Below are positions 1-9,174 of a stretch of 64,000 nt of DNA, piece by piece. This DNA comes from Patescibacteria group bacterium. GTDB lineage: Bacteria; Patescibacteriota; WWE3; UBA101185; UBA10185. The DNA is taken from the NCBI GenBank assembly GCA_026004595.1, contig BPJL01000006.1, positions 12,299 through 76,298 of the forward strand, given 5' to 3'. The notes beneath the pieces are model-generated. The model was not told where the DNA came from, ran no database searches, and saw only the letters and a list, made by a program, of their open reading frames with translations. A program made the position numbers and the translations under genes. Positions within the stretch are counted from its first letter, which is position 1. Every line of letters starts with the position of its first letter.

Positions 1-324
1 AGTGTTTATTTCTAGAGATTTTGCCTTTTTGTTAAGGGAAACGGCTATTTTCATTGTATCAACCGCTCTTATTTGGGGAGAAGAAATTAACATATCAATT
101 TTTTTATCTTTCAGTTTTTCGGCTAACTCCAATGCTTGTTCCCTACCTTTTTCCGTCAAGGGCGAGTCCCGCCATCCGCTAAATACAAAGTTGGCATTGT
201 CCTCTGTTTGTCCGTGCCTGAAAATATATATTATTGGTCTTCCGGGCTTTTCAATCTTGGGGAGTGTGTCTGTGTGCTTGTAGCTTAAAATAGAAACTGC
301 CTTGTCAACTTTTTTCCCTTCCAT
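1..324 (-). CDS. Histidine phosphatase / phosphoglycerate-mutase family protein (N-terminal part; gene continues past window start)
   Basis: Minus-strand reading from ATG (complement of 322-324) gives MEGKKVDK...IIYIFRHGQTEDNANFVFSGWRDSPLTEKGREQALELAEKL...SSPQIRAVDT, matching the RHG-x-T-x-x-N / GW-x-D-x-x-LT / G-x-x-QA motifs of the PGAM family. The listed + ORF 2..283 is its shadow. Confidence 0.6.
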   Translation of the reverse strand, partial: MEGKKVDKAVSILSYKHTDTLPKIEKPGRPIIYIFRHGQTEDNANFVFSGWRDSPLTEKGREQALELAEKLKDKKIDMLISSPQIRAVDTMKIAVSLNKKAKSLEINT

Positions 325-399
325 ATTTTTTATAGTAAGGTTCAAGGAGAACAGAATCTATCATTTTTAAATCCTAGCATAAAATGTTATCATACTGAA

Positions 400-1047
400 A
401 TGGACTTAATTTCGTTTTTCATATCATTTATCTTGCATATAGATAAGCATTTGGGGGAGATAATCAGCCAGTACGGAACTTTTGCATATTTAATTCTATT
501 TCTAATAATATTTGTAGAAACAGGGCTTGTTTTTACGCCATTCCTACCTGGGGATTCTCTTCTTTTTGCTGCTGGGGCTTTTGCCGCAATCGGCTCTTTT
601 GATATTTTTTTGCTTTTCTTCCTTTTGTGGGGAGCTGCTGTTTTGGGTGATACCGTAAATTACTGGATAGGACATTTTTTTGGGGAGAAGATAATTAGCA
701 ATAAAAGGATACCGATAAAACAGGAACATGTTGAGAAAACCCAGGTATTTTATGCAAAGCATGGAGGCAAGACAATTTTTTTGGCTAGGTTTGTGCCTAT
801 CGTAAGAACTTTTGCACCTTTCGTTGCTGGGGTAGGAAAGATGAGGTACGGATATTTTATTGCTTATAACATTTTTGGTGGTTTTGTCTGGGTTGCTAGT
901 TTTTTGTCCGCGGGATATTTTTTTGGCAATATCCCTCAGGTTAAGGAAAATTTTTCTCTAGTCATTTTCACGATAATATTTATCTCGATTCTGCCGATGA
1001 TCGTTGAGGGCGTCAAAAGTAAACGTTCAAAAAAGCAAGAATCCTAA
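400..1047 (+). CDS. DedA/VTT-domain membrane protein
   Basis: Multi-TM protein with the FLPGDSLLFAAGAF and ARFVPIVRTFAPFVAG motifs typical of DedA/SNARE-associated proteins. Confidence 0.8.
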   Translation: MDLISFFISFILHIDKHLGEIISQYGTFAYLILFLIIFVETGLVFTPFLPGDSLLFAAGAFAAIGSFDIFLLFFLLWGAAVLGDTVNYWIGHFFGEKIISNKRIPIKQEHVEKTQVFYAKHGGKTIFLARFVPIVRTFAPFVAGVGKMRYGYFIAYNIFGGFVWVASFLSAGYFFGNIPQVKENFSLVIFTIIFISILPMIVEGVKSKRSKKQES

Positions 1048-1679
1048 TTGTTTTTATATCTTCTAATTACTCCGGTTACCACTCCTTGAATGCTTAGGCT
1101 TCTCGAGTCGACGTAGAGCGGATCCATATTTTTGTTGGCAGGTTGAAGTCTTATTTTTCCATCTTTCTCTCTATAAAAAGTTTTGAGTGTAGCGAATTCA
1201 TTGTCTATCAAGGCCACAACTATCTGACCATCCGACGCTGTATTTTGTTGTTGTATTACAACATGATCGCCGTCAAAAATTCCCATATCTATCATTGAGT
1301 CTCCCTTTACTTGCAAAACGAAGCATCGTTTATGCTTGGAGACAATGTCCGAGCTGACTGTAACGGTTGCAAGAGGGTTTTCTACAGCTTCAATAGGTTC
1401 GCCGGCGGCTATGTATCCAACCAACGGGAGCTCAACAGCGGAAAGATTGGAATTGAAAGAGTGGTCCAGTATCTCTATTCCTCTAACAGAGCCTTCATAT
1501 TTTTTTATCATTCCCTTTTTCTCCAGAGCTTGTATGTGCTCATGCACTGTTGCTAGTGAAGAAAGACCCATAGAATTGGCAATTTCCTGTAAAGTAGGTG
1601 AGTGGCCGTTGACCTGGATGTACTGGGAAATAAAATCTAAAATTTGCTTCTGCTTTTTATAAAGTGTTACGGGGCTCAT
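1044..1679 (-). CDS. lexA: LexA transcriptional repressor (SOS regulator)
   Basis: N-terminal winged-helix (LQEIANSMGLSSLATVHEHIQALEKKG), Ala-Gly cleavage site (GYIAAGEPIEA), S24 peptidase Ser/Lys motifs (VKGDSMID ... ATLKTFYRE). RBS GGAGGG upstream. Divergent from uvrB. Confidence 0.9.
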   Translation of the reverse strand: MSPVTLYKKQKQILDFISQYIQVNGHSPTLQEIANSMGLSSLATVHEHIQALEKKGMIKKYEGSVRGIEILDHSFNSNLSAVELPLVGYIAAGEPIEAVENPLATVTVSSDIVSKHKRCFVLQVKGDSMIDMGIFDGDHVVIQQQNTASDGQIVVALIDNEFATLKTFYREKDGKIRLQPANKNMDPLYVDSRSLSIQGVVTGVIRRYKNN

Positions 1680-1849
1680 TAAAAACCCTCCTTGGCCTGA
1701 AAATATTTACGGATTTTCTTTGGTTTTTAGCTATTTTCATAGTACCGAAAAATATACGAAGATGTCAAGACCCTGTTTTCTAATACCGTTAGATATACAA
1801 GGCAGTAGGTAAGAGCGAGCCAAAGAAAACCCAAAAATATGCTACAATT

Positions 1850-3850
1850 TTGAAGATGTTTAAGTTAGTTTCTCCATTTAAGCCTACAGGCGATCAGCCC
1901 GAGGCAATAAAACAGCTGACAGAAAATTTAGAAAGAGGTGTTAAAGACCAGGTGCTGCTGGGTGTTACAGGAAGCGGAAAAACCTTCGCGATTGCCAATG
2001 TTATTGAAAAAGTTCAGAAACCCACTCTCGTGATTTCTCACAACAAAACATTGGCGGCCCAGCTTTATCAAGAGTTCCGTGAGTTTTTTCCGGAAAACGC
2101 GGTTGAGTATTTTGTAAGTTACTATGATTATTACCAGCCAGAAAGCTACATACCCGCTACAGATACATATATTGAAAAAGATTCGGATATTAACGAAAAA
2201 ATAGATAAGCTTAGGCTTTCTGCGACAACTTCGTTAATGACGAGAAAAGATGTGATAGTTGTGGCCTCTGTGTCCTGTATTTACAATTTGGGGAGTCCTG
2301 CGGAATATTCAAAAGTAGCGATAGAGCTAAGGGAAGGTATGAAAATTCGCAAGGCCGATCTTCTGAAGAGACTTTCTCAAATATATTACGAACGTTCGGA
2401 ATACGATTTTATTAGAGGGACTTACAGAGTGACCGGAGATGTTGTTGATGTGTATCTTGCGTATCAGGATTACGCGGTAAGATTAGAGGTATCTGACGAT
2501 GTTTTGATGAGCATAAATTATATGGATCCTCTGACAGGGGGCTATGTAGATGATCTGCCGCAAGGATTGGTCATAATTTATCCTGCCAAGCACTATGTCG
2601 CCCCCGAGGAAACCCGCAACCAAGCCATTTCAGAGATTAAAAAAGATCTTCAGGCAAGGTTAGAGGAGCTTAAGAAGAACAACAAAAATTTGGAAGCATA
2701 CAGGCTCGAACAAAGAACCAATTACGATTTGGAGATGATAGAGGAGCTGGGGTATTGCAAAGGAATAGAAAATTATTCGCGCTATTTTGATGGAAGAAAC
2801 CCTGGGGAACCGCCCCATACCTTGATTGAATATTTTCCTAAAGACTTTTTATTGGTTATAGATGAGTCGCACATAACAATCCCGCAGATTAGAGGTATGC
2901 ATAACGGGGATTACTCAAGAAAGAAGACGCTGATTGACTATGGTTTCAGGCTTCCATCAGCTCTTGATAATCGTCCGTTAAATTTTGAAGAATTTTTGTC
3001 AAAAATAAATCAGACAATATATGTAAGCGCAACTCCAGATCAGTGGGAATTGGAAAGATCCGACGGAAAAGTGACCGAGCTCTTGATAAGACCTACCGGT
3101 ATAGTTGATCCAAAAGTTACGGTTATTCCTACCAAAGGGCAGATTGAGGATTTGCTGAAAAGGGTGAAGGAAAGAGCGGCTAAAAAGGAAAGAGTTCTTG
3201 TGACAACTTTAACAAAACGAATGGCAGAAGAGATGTCTGCCTATATGACGGAGAGGGGAATAAAGGTTACATATCTTCATTCTGATATAGATACTTTGGA
3301 GCGGACCGATATTTTGGATAATTTGAGGAAGGGAAAATATGATGTTCTTGTGGGAATTAATTTATTGAGGGAGGGTTTAGACCTGCCAGAGGTGTCCTTG
3401 GTAGCGATTTTAGATGCCGATAAAGAGGGCTTTTTAAGGTCCGAGACCTCGCTTATTCAAGTTATGGGCAGAGCGGCTAGACACATTTCCGGGGAGGTTG
3501 TTATGTATGCTGACAATATTACCGGAAGCATGAGAAGGGCGATTGAAGAGGTGGAAAGAAGGCGGGAAAAGCAAATAAAGTACAATGAAGAGCACGGTTT
3601 GACACCTTCCCAGATTGTTAAGCCGATCAGAGAAAAGCTGATTGATGAGGAGATTGAAGAAGCTTTGGAGACAGCGCGCGGCAGAAAAGTGTATGAGGAT
3701 TTAGATTACCAACAATTACCTCCAAACGAGCTCAAAAAAGAAATAAAGAATTTGGAAAAAGAAATGTTGTATGAAGCGGAAGTGTTAAATTTTGAAAGAG
3801 CCGCGGTCTTGAGAGACAAAGTAAGGGAACTAAAAAAAATTTTAGGTTAA
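1850..3850 (+). CDS. uvrB: Excinuclease ABC subunit B
   Basis: GDQPEAIKQL, Walker A GVTGSGKTF, helicase motifs, C-terminal UVR coiled coil (EAEVLNFERAAVLRDKVRELKK). Confidence 0.95.
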   Translation: MKMFKLVSPFKPTGDQPEAIKQLTENLERGVKDQVLLGVTGSGKTFAIANVIEKVQKPTLVISHNKTLAAQLYQEFREFFPENAVEYFVSYYDYYQPESYIPATDTYIEKDSDINEKIDKLRLSATTSLMTRKDVIVVASVSCIYNLGSPAEYSKVAIELREGMKIRKADLLKRLSQIYYERSEYDFIRGTYRVTGDVVDVYLAYQDYAVRLEVSDDVLMSINYMDPLTGGYVDDLPQGLVIIYPAKHYVAPEETRNQAISEIKKDLQARLEELKKNNKNLEAYRLEQRTNYDLEMIEELGYCKGIENYSRYFDGRNPGEPPHTLIEYFPKDFLLVIDESHITIPQIRGMHNGDYSRKKTLIDYGFRLPSALDNRPLNFEEFLSKINQTIYVSATPDQWELERSDGKVTELLIRPTGIVDPKVTVIPTKGQIEDLLKRVKERAAKKERVLVTTLTKRMAEEMSAYMTERGIKVTYLHSDIDTLERTDILDNLRKGKYDVLVGINLLREGLDLPEVSLVAILDADKEGFLRSETSLIQVMGRAARHISGEVVMYADNITGSMRRAIEEVERRREKQIKYNEEHGLTPSQIVKPIREKLIDEEIEEALETARGRKVYEDLDYQQLPPNELKKEIKNLEKEMLYEAEVLNFERAAVLRDKVRELKKILG

Positions 3851-3898
3851 ATCTTCCGAGAATCAGGCTTTTTATTCGTACTTAGGTTCAGTCCATAT

Positions 3899-6130
3899 TT
3901 GCGGGTGCTAGTTTCGTCTTATTTATTGACCCTCGTCTGTCTGTCTAATAGAATCGATGAAGAGCAGATGAGAAATACTCCAATCAAAGTTGGTAAATCC
4001 TTAATCAAAGCTGTTAAAGCCATAGGTTACTTTTTCCTTTACATTTACGATGGCTTGCTCATATACATTAAAAAGTTCAAATACGCCGGCGTAAAGAAAA
4101 AAGCGGCCTTCCGCGGGATTAAAAGTTTTGCTAATGGGTTAGTTTCATTTTTTAGAAAAGGCGCCGGTATTTGGTTGGAATTAATCAAATGTTCAAAAGC
4201 GTTTATCGCTGGCTTTTTAGCGTCTGTAATATTCATTTTTATCCCGTACATAGTAAATACGTGGTTTAGAGAACTCCCAAGTCCAGAAATGCTTTTAGTA
4301 GCCCAAAAGTACGGCGCCACCCAAATTTTTGACAGAAACGGCGTACTACTTTACGAAATCTATGCAGATAAAAAATACGAACCAGTAAAGCTGGAACAGA
4401 TTCCTAAAAATGTTGTTAACGCCACCATAGCTGTTGAGGATTCCCTTTTTTACCTGCACAAAGGGCTAAGGCCTGACAGCATAATTCGTGCTTTTACCAA
4501 AACTTTCTTCAACGGCAGTAAACAGGGAGGGTCAACGATCACTCAACAATTAGTTAAAAATGTTCTTCTTACCCCCGAGAGAACTTTTTCCAGAAAGGTA
4601 AAAGAAGCAGTTTTATCTGTAATGGTTGAGGCAAAATATTCCAAAGAGGAAATACTTGAGATGTATTTGAATAATATTTCTTATGGCGGCAACGCTTGGG
4701 GTATCCAATCGGCCTCTCAAAAGTATTTCGGGAAGAATGTTTGGGAGTTAAACCTGGCTGAGGTTTCAATGTTGGCGGGGCTTCCTTCCTCTCCCTCTCT
4801 ATACTCTCCTTTTAGCGACATTCAAAAGGCTAAAGATCGTCAGAAGTATGTTCTAAAAAGAATGGCCGGTTTGGGTTACATAACTTTAGAAGAAGAGCAA
4901 GAGGCGTTGGTAGAGGATTTAGTTCTTGTTCCTCAAAAAGATTTTATTGCCGCCCCGCATTTTGTGAATTTTGTACGGCAGGGGTTGGAAAAAATGTATG
5001 GGAGCCGCTTTGTGAATGGAGGGGGGCTTAAAGTGGTCACGACACTAGACTATTCCCTCCAGCAAAAAGCGGAAGAAATCGTTTATGATGAGGTACGAAA
5101 GGGCGCCGCGTACGGTTTTTCCAACGGCGCCGCTGTGGTTTTGGATGTGAAGAACGCCGAGATGTTAGCGTATGTGGGATCGGCGGATTATTTTTCGCCG
5201 AAATGGGGCGCTTTTGATGTTGTTACGGCTTTAAGACAGCCCGGCTCCTCTATTAAACCGGTTACATATTCTTTGGCTTTTGCTTCCGGAATGACTCCAG
5301 CGACGACAATTCAGGATTCTCCGGTTGTTTACACTTTTCAAGGCGCGGAAGCTTACAGGCCAGTTAATTATGATGGAAAGTTTCACGGAACTGTTACCTT
5401 AAGGGCGGCTTTAGCCAATTCCTATAATGTTCCTGCAGTAAAATTAGCTAAGATTGTGGGGCCCGACGACATTGTTGCGCTCGGAAGGGATATGGGCCTT
5501 ACAAATTGGGAGGTAGATGGTTCATATGGGCTTTCAATTACCCTTGGAGGCAAGGAAGTAAGGCTTTTGGATTTGACCAATGTATATGCAACTCTCGCCC
5601 GAAAGGGATCTTTTGTTGAACCGTCCTTCCTTTTATCTGTTAGAGATGGGAGGGGGTATGAGATTTATTCAAAAAAGCAATTTTATCCTAAACAGGTGAT
5701 TTCTGAAGAAGTGTCCTATTTGATTTGGCATATACTCTCCGATAATGATGCGAGAATTCCAGCTTTTGGAACAAGAAATTTTCTAAGTCTTTCGGGTTAC
5801 AAGATAGCTGCAAAAACAGGGACCACAGATCAAATAAAAGACAATTGGACTTTCGGATACACCCCAAGTTACGTAGTTGGAGTATGGGTTGGCAACAACG
5901 ACAACACGCCGATGAACAGACGCATGGCTTCGGGTTTGACAGGCGCCGCCCCGATTTGGAATAGGATAATGGCCGAGGTTCTTCACGGGAAACCAAATGA
6001 AATTTTTGATACGCCAAGCGGAGTGTTCGAAAAGAAGGACGAAAAATGCGGCATGACGGAGGTTTTTATAAAAGGATCGAAAGTGCCTGAAAATTTGTGT
6101 TCCAAAGTGGGAAAAGAAAAGAAGGACTGA
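3899..6130 (+). CDS. Class A penicillin-binding protein (bifunctional transglycosylase/transpeptidase)
   Basis: GT51 motifs (EDSLFYLHKG, GGSTITQQLVKN), transpeptidase SSIKP, SYN and KTGT motifs, N-terminal TM. An alternative start lies at 3968. Confidence 0.85.
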   Translation: MRVLVSSYLLTLVCLSNRIDEEQMRNTPIKVGKSLIKAVKAIGYFFLYIYDGLLIYIKKFKYAGVKKKAAFRGIKSFANGLVSFFRKGAGIWLELIKCSKAFIAGFLASVIFIFIPYIVNTWFRELPSPEMLLVAQKYGATQIFDRNGVLLYEIYADKKYEPVKLEQIPKNVVNATIAVEDSLFYLHKGLRPDSIIRAFTKTFFNGSKQGGSTITQQLVKNVLLTPERTFSRKVKEAVLSVMVEAKYSKEEILEMYLNNISYGGNAWGIQSASQKYFGKNVWELNLAEVSMLAGLPSSPSLYSPFSDIQKAKDRQKYVLKRMAGLGYITLEEEQEALVEDLVLVPQKDFIAAPHFVNFVRQGLEKMYGSRFVNGGGLKVVTTLDYSLQQKAEEIVYDEVRKGAAYGFSNGAAVVLDVKNAEMLAYVGSADYFSPKWGAFDVVTALRQPGSSIKPVTYSLAFASGMTPATTIQDSPVVYTFQGAEAYRPVNYDGKFHGTVTLRAALANSYNVPAVKLAKIVGPDDIVALGRDMGLTNWEVDGSYGLSITLGGKEVRLLDLTNVYATLARKGSFVEPSFLLSVRDGRGYEIYSKKQFYPKQVISEEVSYLIWHILSDNDARIPAFGTRNFLSLSGYKIAAKTGTTDQIKDNWTFGYTPSYVVGVWVGNNDNTPMNRRMASGLTGAAPIWNRIMAEVLHGKPNEIFDTPSGVFEKKDEKCGMTEVFIKGSKVPENLCSKVGKEKKD

Positions 6131-6170
6131 AATACATCTTCACAAACCCGAACTTTTACCGTAAAATCAT

Positions 6171-9170
6171 TTGGTCATGGAAAACACCTCGCTTACACAT
6201 ATTTTGGTCAGGGGCGCCCGCCAACATAATCTGAAGAATATAGATTTGGATATCCCAAAAAATAAGATGGTTGTCTTTACGGGAGTTTCGGGATCGGGGA
6301 AGTCCTCTTTAGCTATGGATACAATTTACGCCGAGGGGCAGAGGCGTTACGTTGAAAGTTTGTCGGCCTACGCTCGTCAGTTTTTGGGCGTTATGGACAA
6401 GCCTGATGTGGACAAAATAGAAGGACTTTCACCAGCAATAGCAATAGATCAGAAAACGACTTCAAAAAATCCAAGATCTACGGTTGGTACTATTACCGAG
6501 ATTTATGATTATCTTAGGCTTCTTTATGCTCGAATAGGACACCCCCACTGTCCTCAATGTGGAAGGGAGATACAAAGACAGAGTTCAACCGAGATTGCCC
6601 AGACAATCTTGGATTTGATCTCCGGTTACAAAGATTTTAAATCAGAGAAGGGGACGAGGTTTTTTATTTATTCCCCGATTGTTAGAGATAGAAAGGGAGA
6701 ATATTCTGCTCTTTTTGAAAATCTCAGGAAGCAGGGAGTGCTTCGCGCTAGAGTGGATGGCGAAGTTATGAGCTTAAAGGAAAAATTTGATTTGATAAAG
6801 ACCAACAAGCATACGATCGATGCTTTAATCTCAAGACATTCGGTAAATTCTAAAAAAATGGCTGACAGCGGCGAGGCTAAGAGTGTTTTTTCAGAGATTT
6901 TTCAATCGGTTGAAACCGCTCTTCGACTTAGCGGCGGAACAGTTATATTAAGCGTGATAAAGGGGAGCTCTTTTGATTTTCCTGAAAACCCTAAAGACAC
7001 CGAAGACCACCTTCTTTCCGAGAACTTCGCGTGCCCGGTTTGCAACATATCTCTTCCGGAGATTGAGCCCAGGACATTTTCTTTTAACTCACCGCACGGC
7101 GCATGCCCAGCTTGTGACGGTCTCGGGATGCAGTTAAAGGTTAATGAGGGCGCTGTTGTAAATCCCAGGCTTTCTATATCTGAGGGTGGAATTCTACCTT
7201 GGCAGAAACTTTTTGAGCATCAAACCTGGACGCAGAATGTGATAAAAAAAGTGGCTGAAGTTTATAATTTTTCTCTTGATAAACCCATAAAAGATTTGTC
7301 GGAAGAGGCGCGCAGAATAATAATGTACGGAGCCGGGGACAAAAGATTTCGAGTAACTTACAGAGGACAGAGTGGCCACGAGCATACATACGAGGCCGGG
7401 TACGAAGGTGTTGTTCCCAACTTAATGAGAAGGCATAGAGAAACCCAATCCGAATATATAAGAAATGAGATAGAGAAGTATATGGTGAACGAGGATTGTC
7501 CCGTATGCAAGGGGTCGCGCCTTAAAAAGGAATCTTTATCCATAGTGGTTGACTCAAAACCCATAACTGAAATCACAGAGGCGTCAATAAAGGAAAACAT
7601 TGAATGGATAAAAAAGCTTGATAAGGTACTTAATGAAAGGGAGCACAAAATAGCTGAAGGAATTCTCAAAGAAATAACTTACCGCCTCAACTTTCTAAAG
7701 GATGTCGGTTTGGATTATTTGACATTAGCCCGTTCCTCATCTCAACTATCAGGCGGAGAAGCTCAAAGGATAAGGTTAGCGTCCCAGATAGGTTCAGGTT
7801 TGTCGGGGGTATTGTACGTTTTAGACGAACCCTCAATAGGTTTGCATCAAAAGGATCAAGCAAAACTTATACGAACCCTGCACCAGCTCAGGGATTTAGG
7901 TAATACTGTGTTAGTTGTTGAGCATGACGCTGAAACAATGCTGGAAAGTGACTACATTTTTGATTTTGGACCTGGGGCAGGAGCAAATGGGGGTAAGGTT
8001 GTCGCGGAGGGAGCTCCTGAAGAGGTTATGAAAAATCCCAATTCTTTGACGGCAAAATATCTCTCCAAAAAACTGATAGTTGGAAAAAACGTAAAGAAAG
8101 ATCATGCGAAAGGCGAGATGTTTATGAATTTAGACTCTGTTTCTAAACCGGAAAAGTCGATGGAAGGAAAGAAGTTGATACTAAGAGGGGCGACAGGAAG
8201 GAATCTGAAAAACATAGATTTGACCATTCCTTTGGGAAAGTTTGTCTGTGTGACGGGGGTTTCGGGATCGGGAAAGTCGACATTAATAATGGATACTTTA
8301 TACCAAGCCCTGCGCCAAAGTTTCGGGTTAAAGCTTGAGCAAAGGCCCGAACCGTTCAGGGAGATAGAAGGGGCAGAGAATATTACGAACATAATCGCGA
8401 TAGACCAGAGTCCAATCGGAAGAACCCCAAAGTCGAATCCTGCAACGTATACCAAAGTGTTTGATCACATACGCGAACTTTTTTCACAAACCCAGGAAGC
8501 CAGAGTAAGGGGCTACGGACCAGGACGATTTAGTTTCAATGTGAAGGGTGGAAGGTGTGAGGCCTGTGGGGGAGAGGGCCAAATTAAGATAGAGATGCAG
8601 TTTATGCCCGATGTTTATGTTAATTGTGAAGTTTGCCAAGGAAAGAGGTATAACAGAGAGGCTCTTGAAATTTACTACAAAGGTAAAAATATCGCAGATG
8701 TTTTGGATATGACGGTTGAAGAGGGGATGACATTTTTTGAAAATGTTCCTCAAATTCGAAGACGAATAGAAACCTTGTACGATGTTGGGTTAGGCTACAT
8801 TAAACTTGGTCAGCCGGCTCCAACCTTGTCGGGAGGAGAGGCTCAGAGAGTGAAGCTGGCTTTAGAACTATCCAAGAGGGCAACCGGAAGCACATTTTAT
8901 ATTCTAGATGAACCCACAACAGGGCTGCACTTTGCCGATTTGGAAAATCTAATCACAATCTTCAGAAGGCTTACCTCCAGAGGGAATACAGTTGTAGTTA
9001 TAGAGCACAATTTGGATGTTATAAGCAATTGTGACTACGTTATTGATATGGGTCCAGAAGGGGGAGAAGACGGCGGAAGAATTATTTTTCATGGAACTTT
9101 AGATGAGCTAAAAAATCACAAAACATCTTATACGGCCGAGGCGTTAAGAGGGTATTACAAGAACCGGTAG
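6171..9170 (+). CDS. uvrA: Excinuclease ABC subunit A
   Basis: Two ABC ATPase modules (GVSGSGKSSLA, GVSGSGKSTL), LSGGE signature motifs, CxxC zinc fingers (CPVC, CEAC, CEVC). Confidence 0.95.
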   Translation: MVMENTSLTHILVRGARQHNLKNIDLDIPKNKMVVFTGVSGSGKSSLAMDTIYAEGQRRYVESLSAYARQFLGVMDKPDVDKIEGLSPAIAIDQKTTSKNPRSTVGTITEIYDYLRLLYARIGHPHCPQCGREIQRQSSTEIAQTILDLISGYKDFKSEKGTRFFIYSPIVRDRKGEYSALFENLRKQGVLRARVDGEVMSLKEKFDLIKTNKHTIDALISRHSVNSKKMADSGEAKSVFSEIFQSVETALRLSGGTVILSVIKGSSFDFPENPKDTEDHLLSENFACPVCNISLPEIEPRTFSFNSPHGACPACDGLGMQLKVNEGAVVNPRLSISEGGILPWQKLFEHQTWTQNVIKKVAEVYNFSLDKPIKDLSEEARRIIMYGAGDKRFRVTYRGQSGHEHTYEAGYEGVVPNLMRRHRETQSEYIRNEIEKYMVNEDCPVCKGSRLKKESLSIVVDSKPITEITEASIKENIEWIKKLDKVLNEREHKIAEGILKEITYRLNFLKDVGLDYLTLARSSSQLSGGEAQRIRLASQIGSGLSGVLYVLDEPSIGLHQKDQAKLIRTLHQLRDLGNTVLVVEHDAETMLESDYIFDFGPGAGANGGKVVAEGAPEEVMKNPNSLTAKYLSKKLIVGKNVKKDHAKGEMFMNLDSVSKPEKSMEGKKLILRGATGRNLKNIDLTIPLGKFVCVTGVSGSGKSTLIMDTLYQALRQSFGLKLEQRPEPFREIEGAENITNIIAIDQSPIGRTPKSNPATYTKVFDHIRELFSQTQEARVRGYGPGRFSFNVKGGRCEACGGEGQIKIEMQFMPDVYVNCEVCQGKRYNREALEIYYKGKNIADVLDMTVEEGMTFFENVPQIRRRIETLYDVGLGYIKLGQPAPTLSGGEAQRVKLALELSKRATGSTFYILDEPTTGLHFADLENLITIFRRLTSRGNTVVVIEHNLDVISNCDYVIDMGPEGGEDGGRIIFHGTLDELKNHKTSYTAEALRGYYKNR

Positions 9171-9174
9171 TTTA

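Noticed and set aside
2-283. Listed + ORF of 93 aa at the window start
   Set aside because: It is the antisense shadow of a clearly motif-bearing minus-strand histidine-phosphatase gene (1-324).
1680-1849. Search for a LexA/SOS box in the lexA-uvrB spacer
   Set aside because: No CTGT-N8-ACAG or GAAC-N4-GTTC palindrome found by eye, so no operator is annotated; see the NER finding.
6171-9170. Many antisense ORFs of 60-130 aa inside uvrA, uvrB, nrdJ, ileS and clp
   Set aside because: They are typical antisense ORFs inside long genes, without starts or RBSs.
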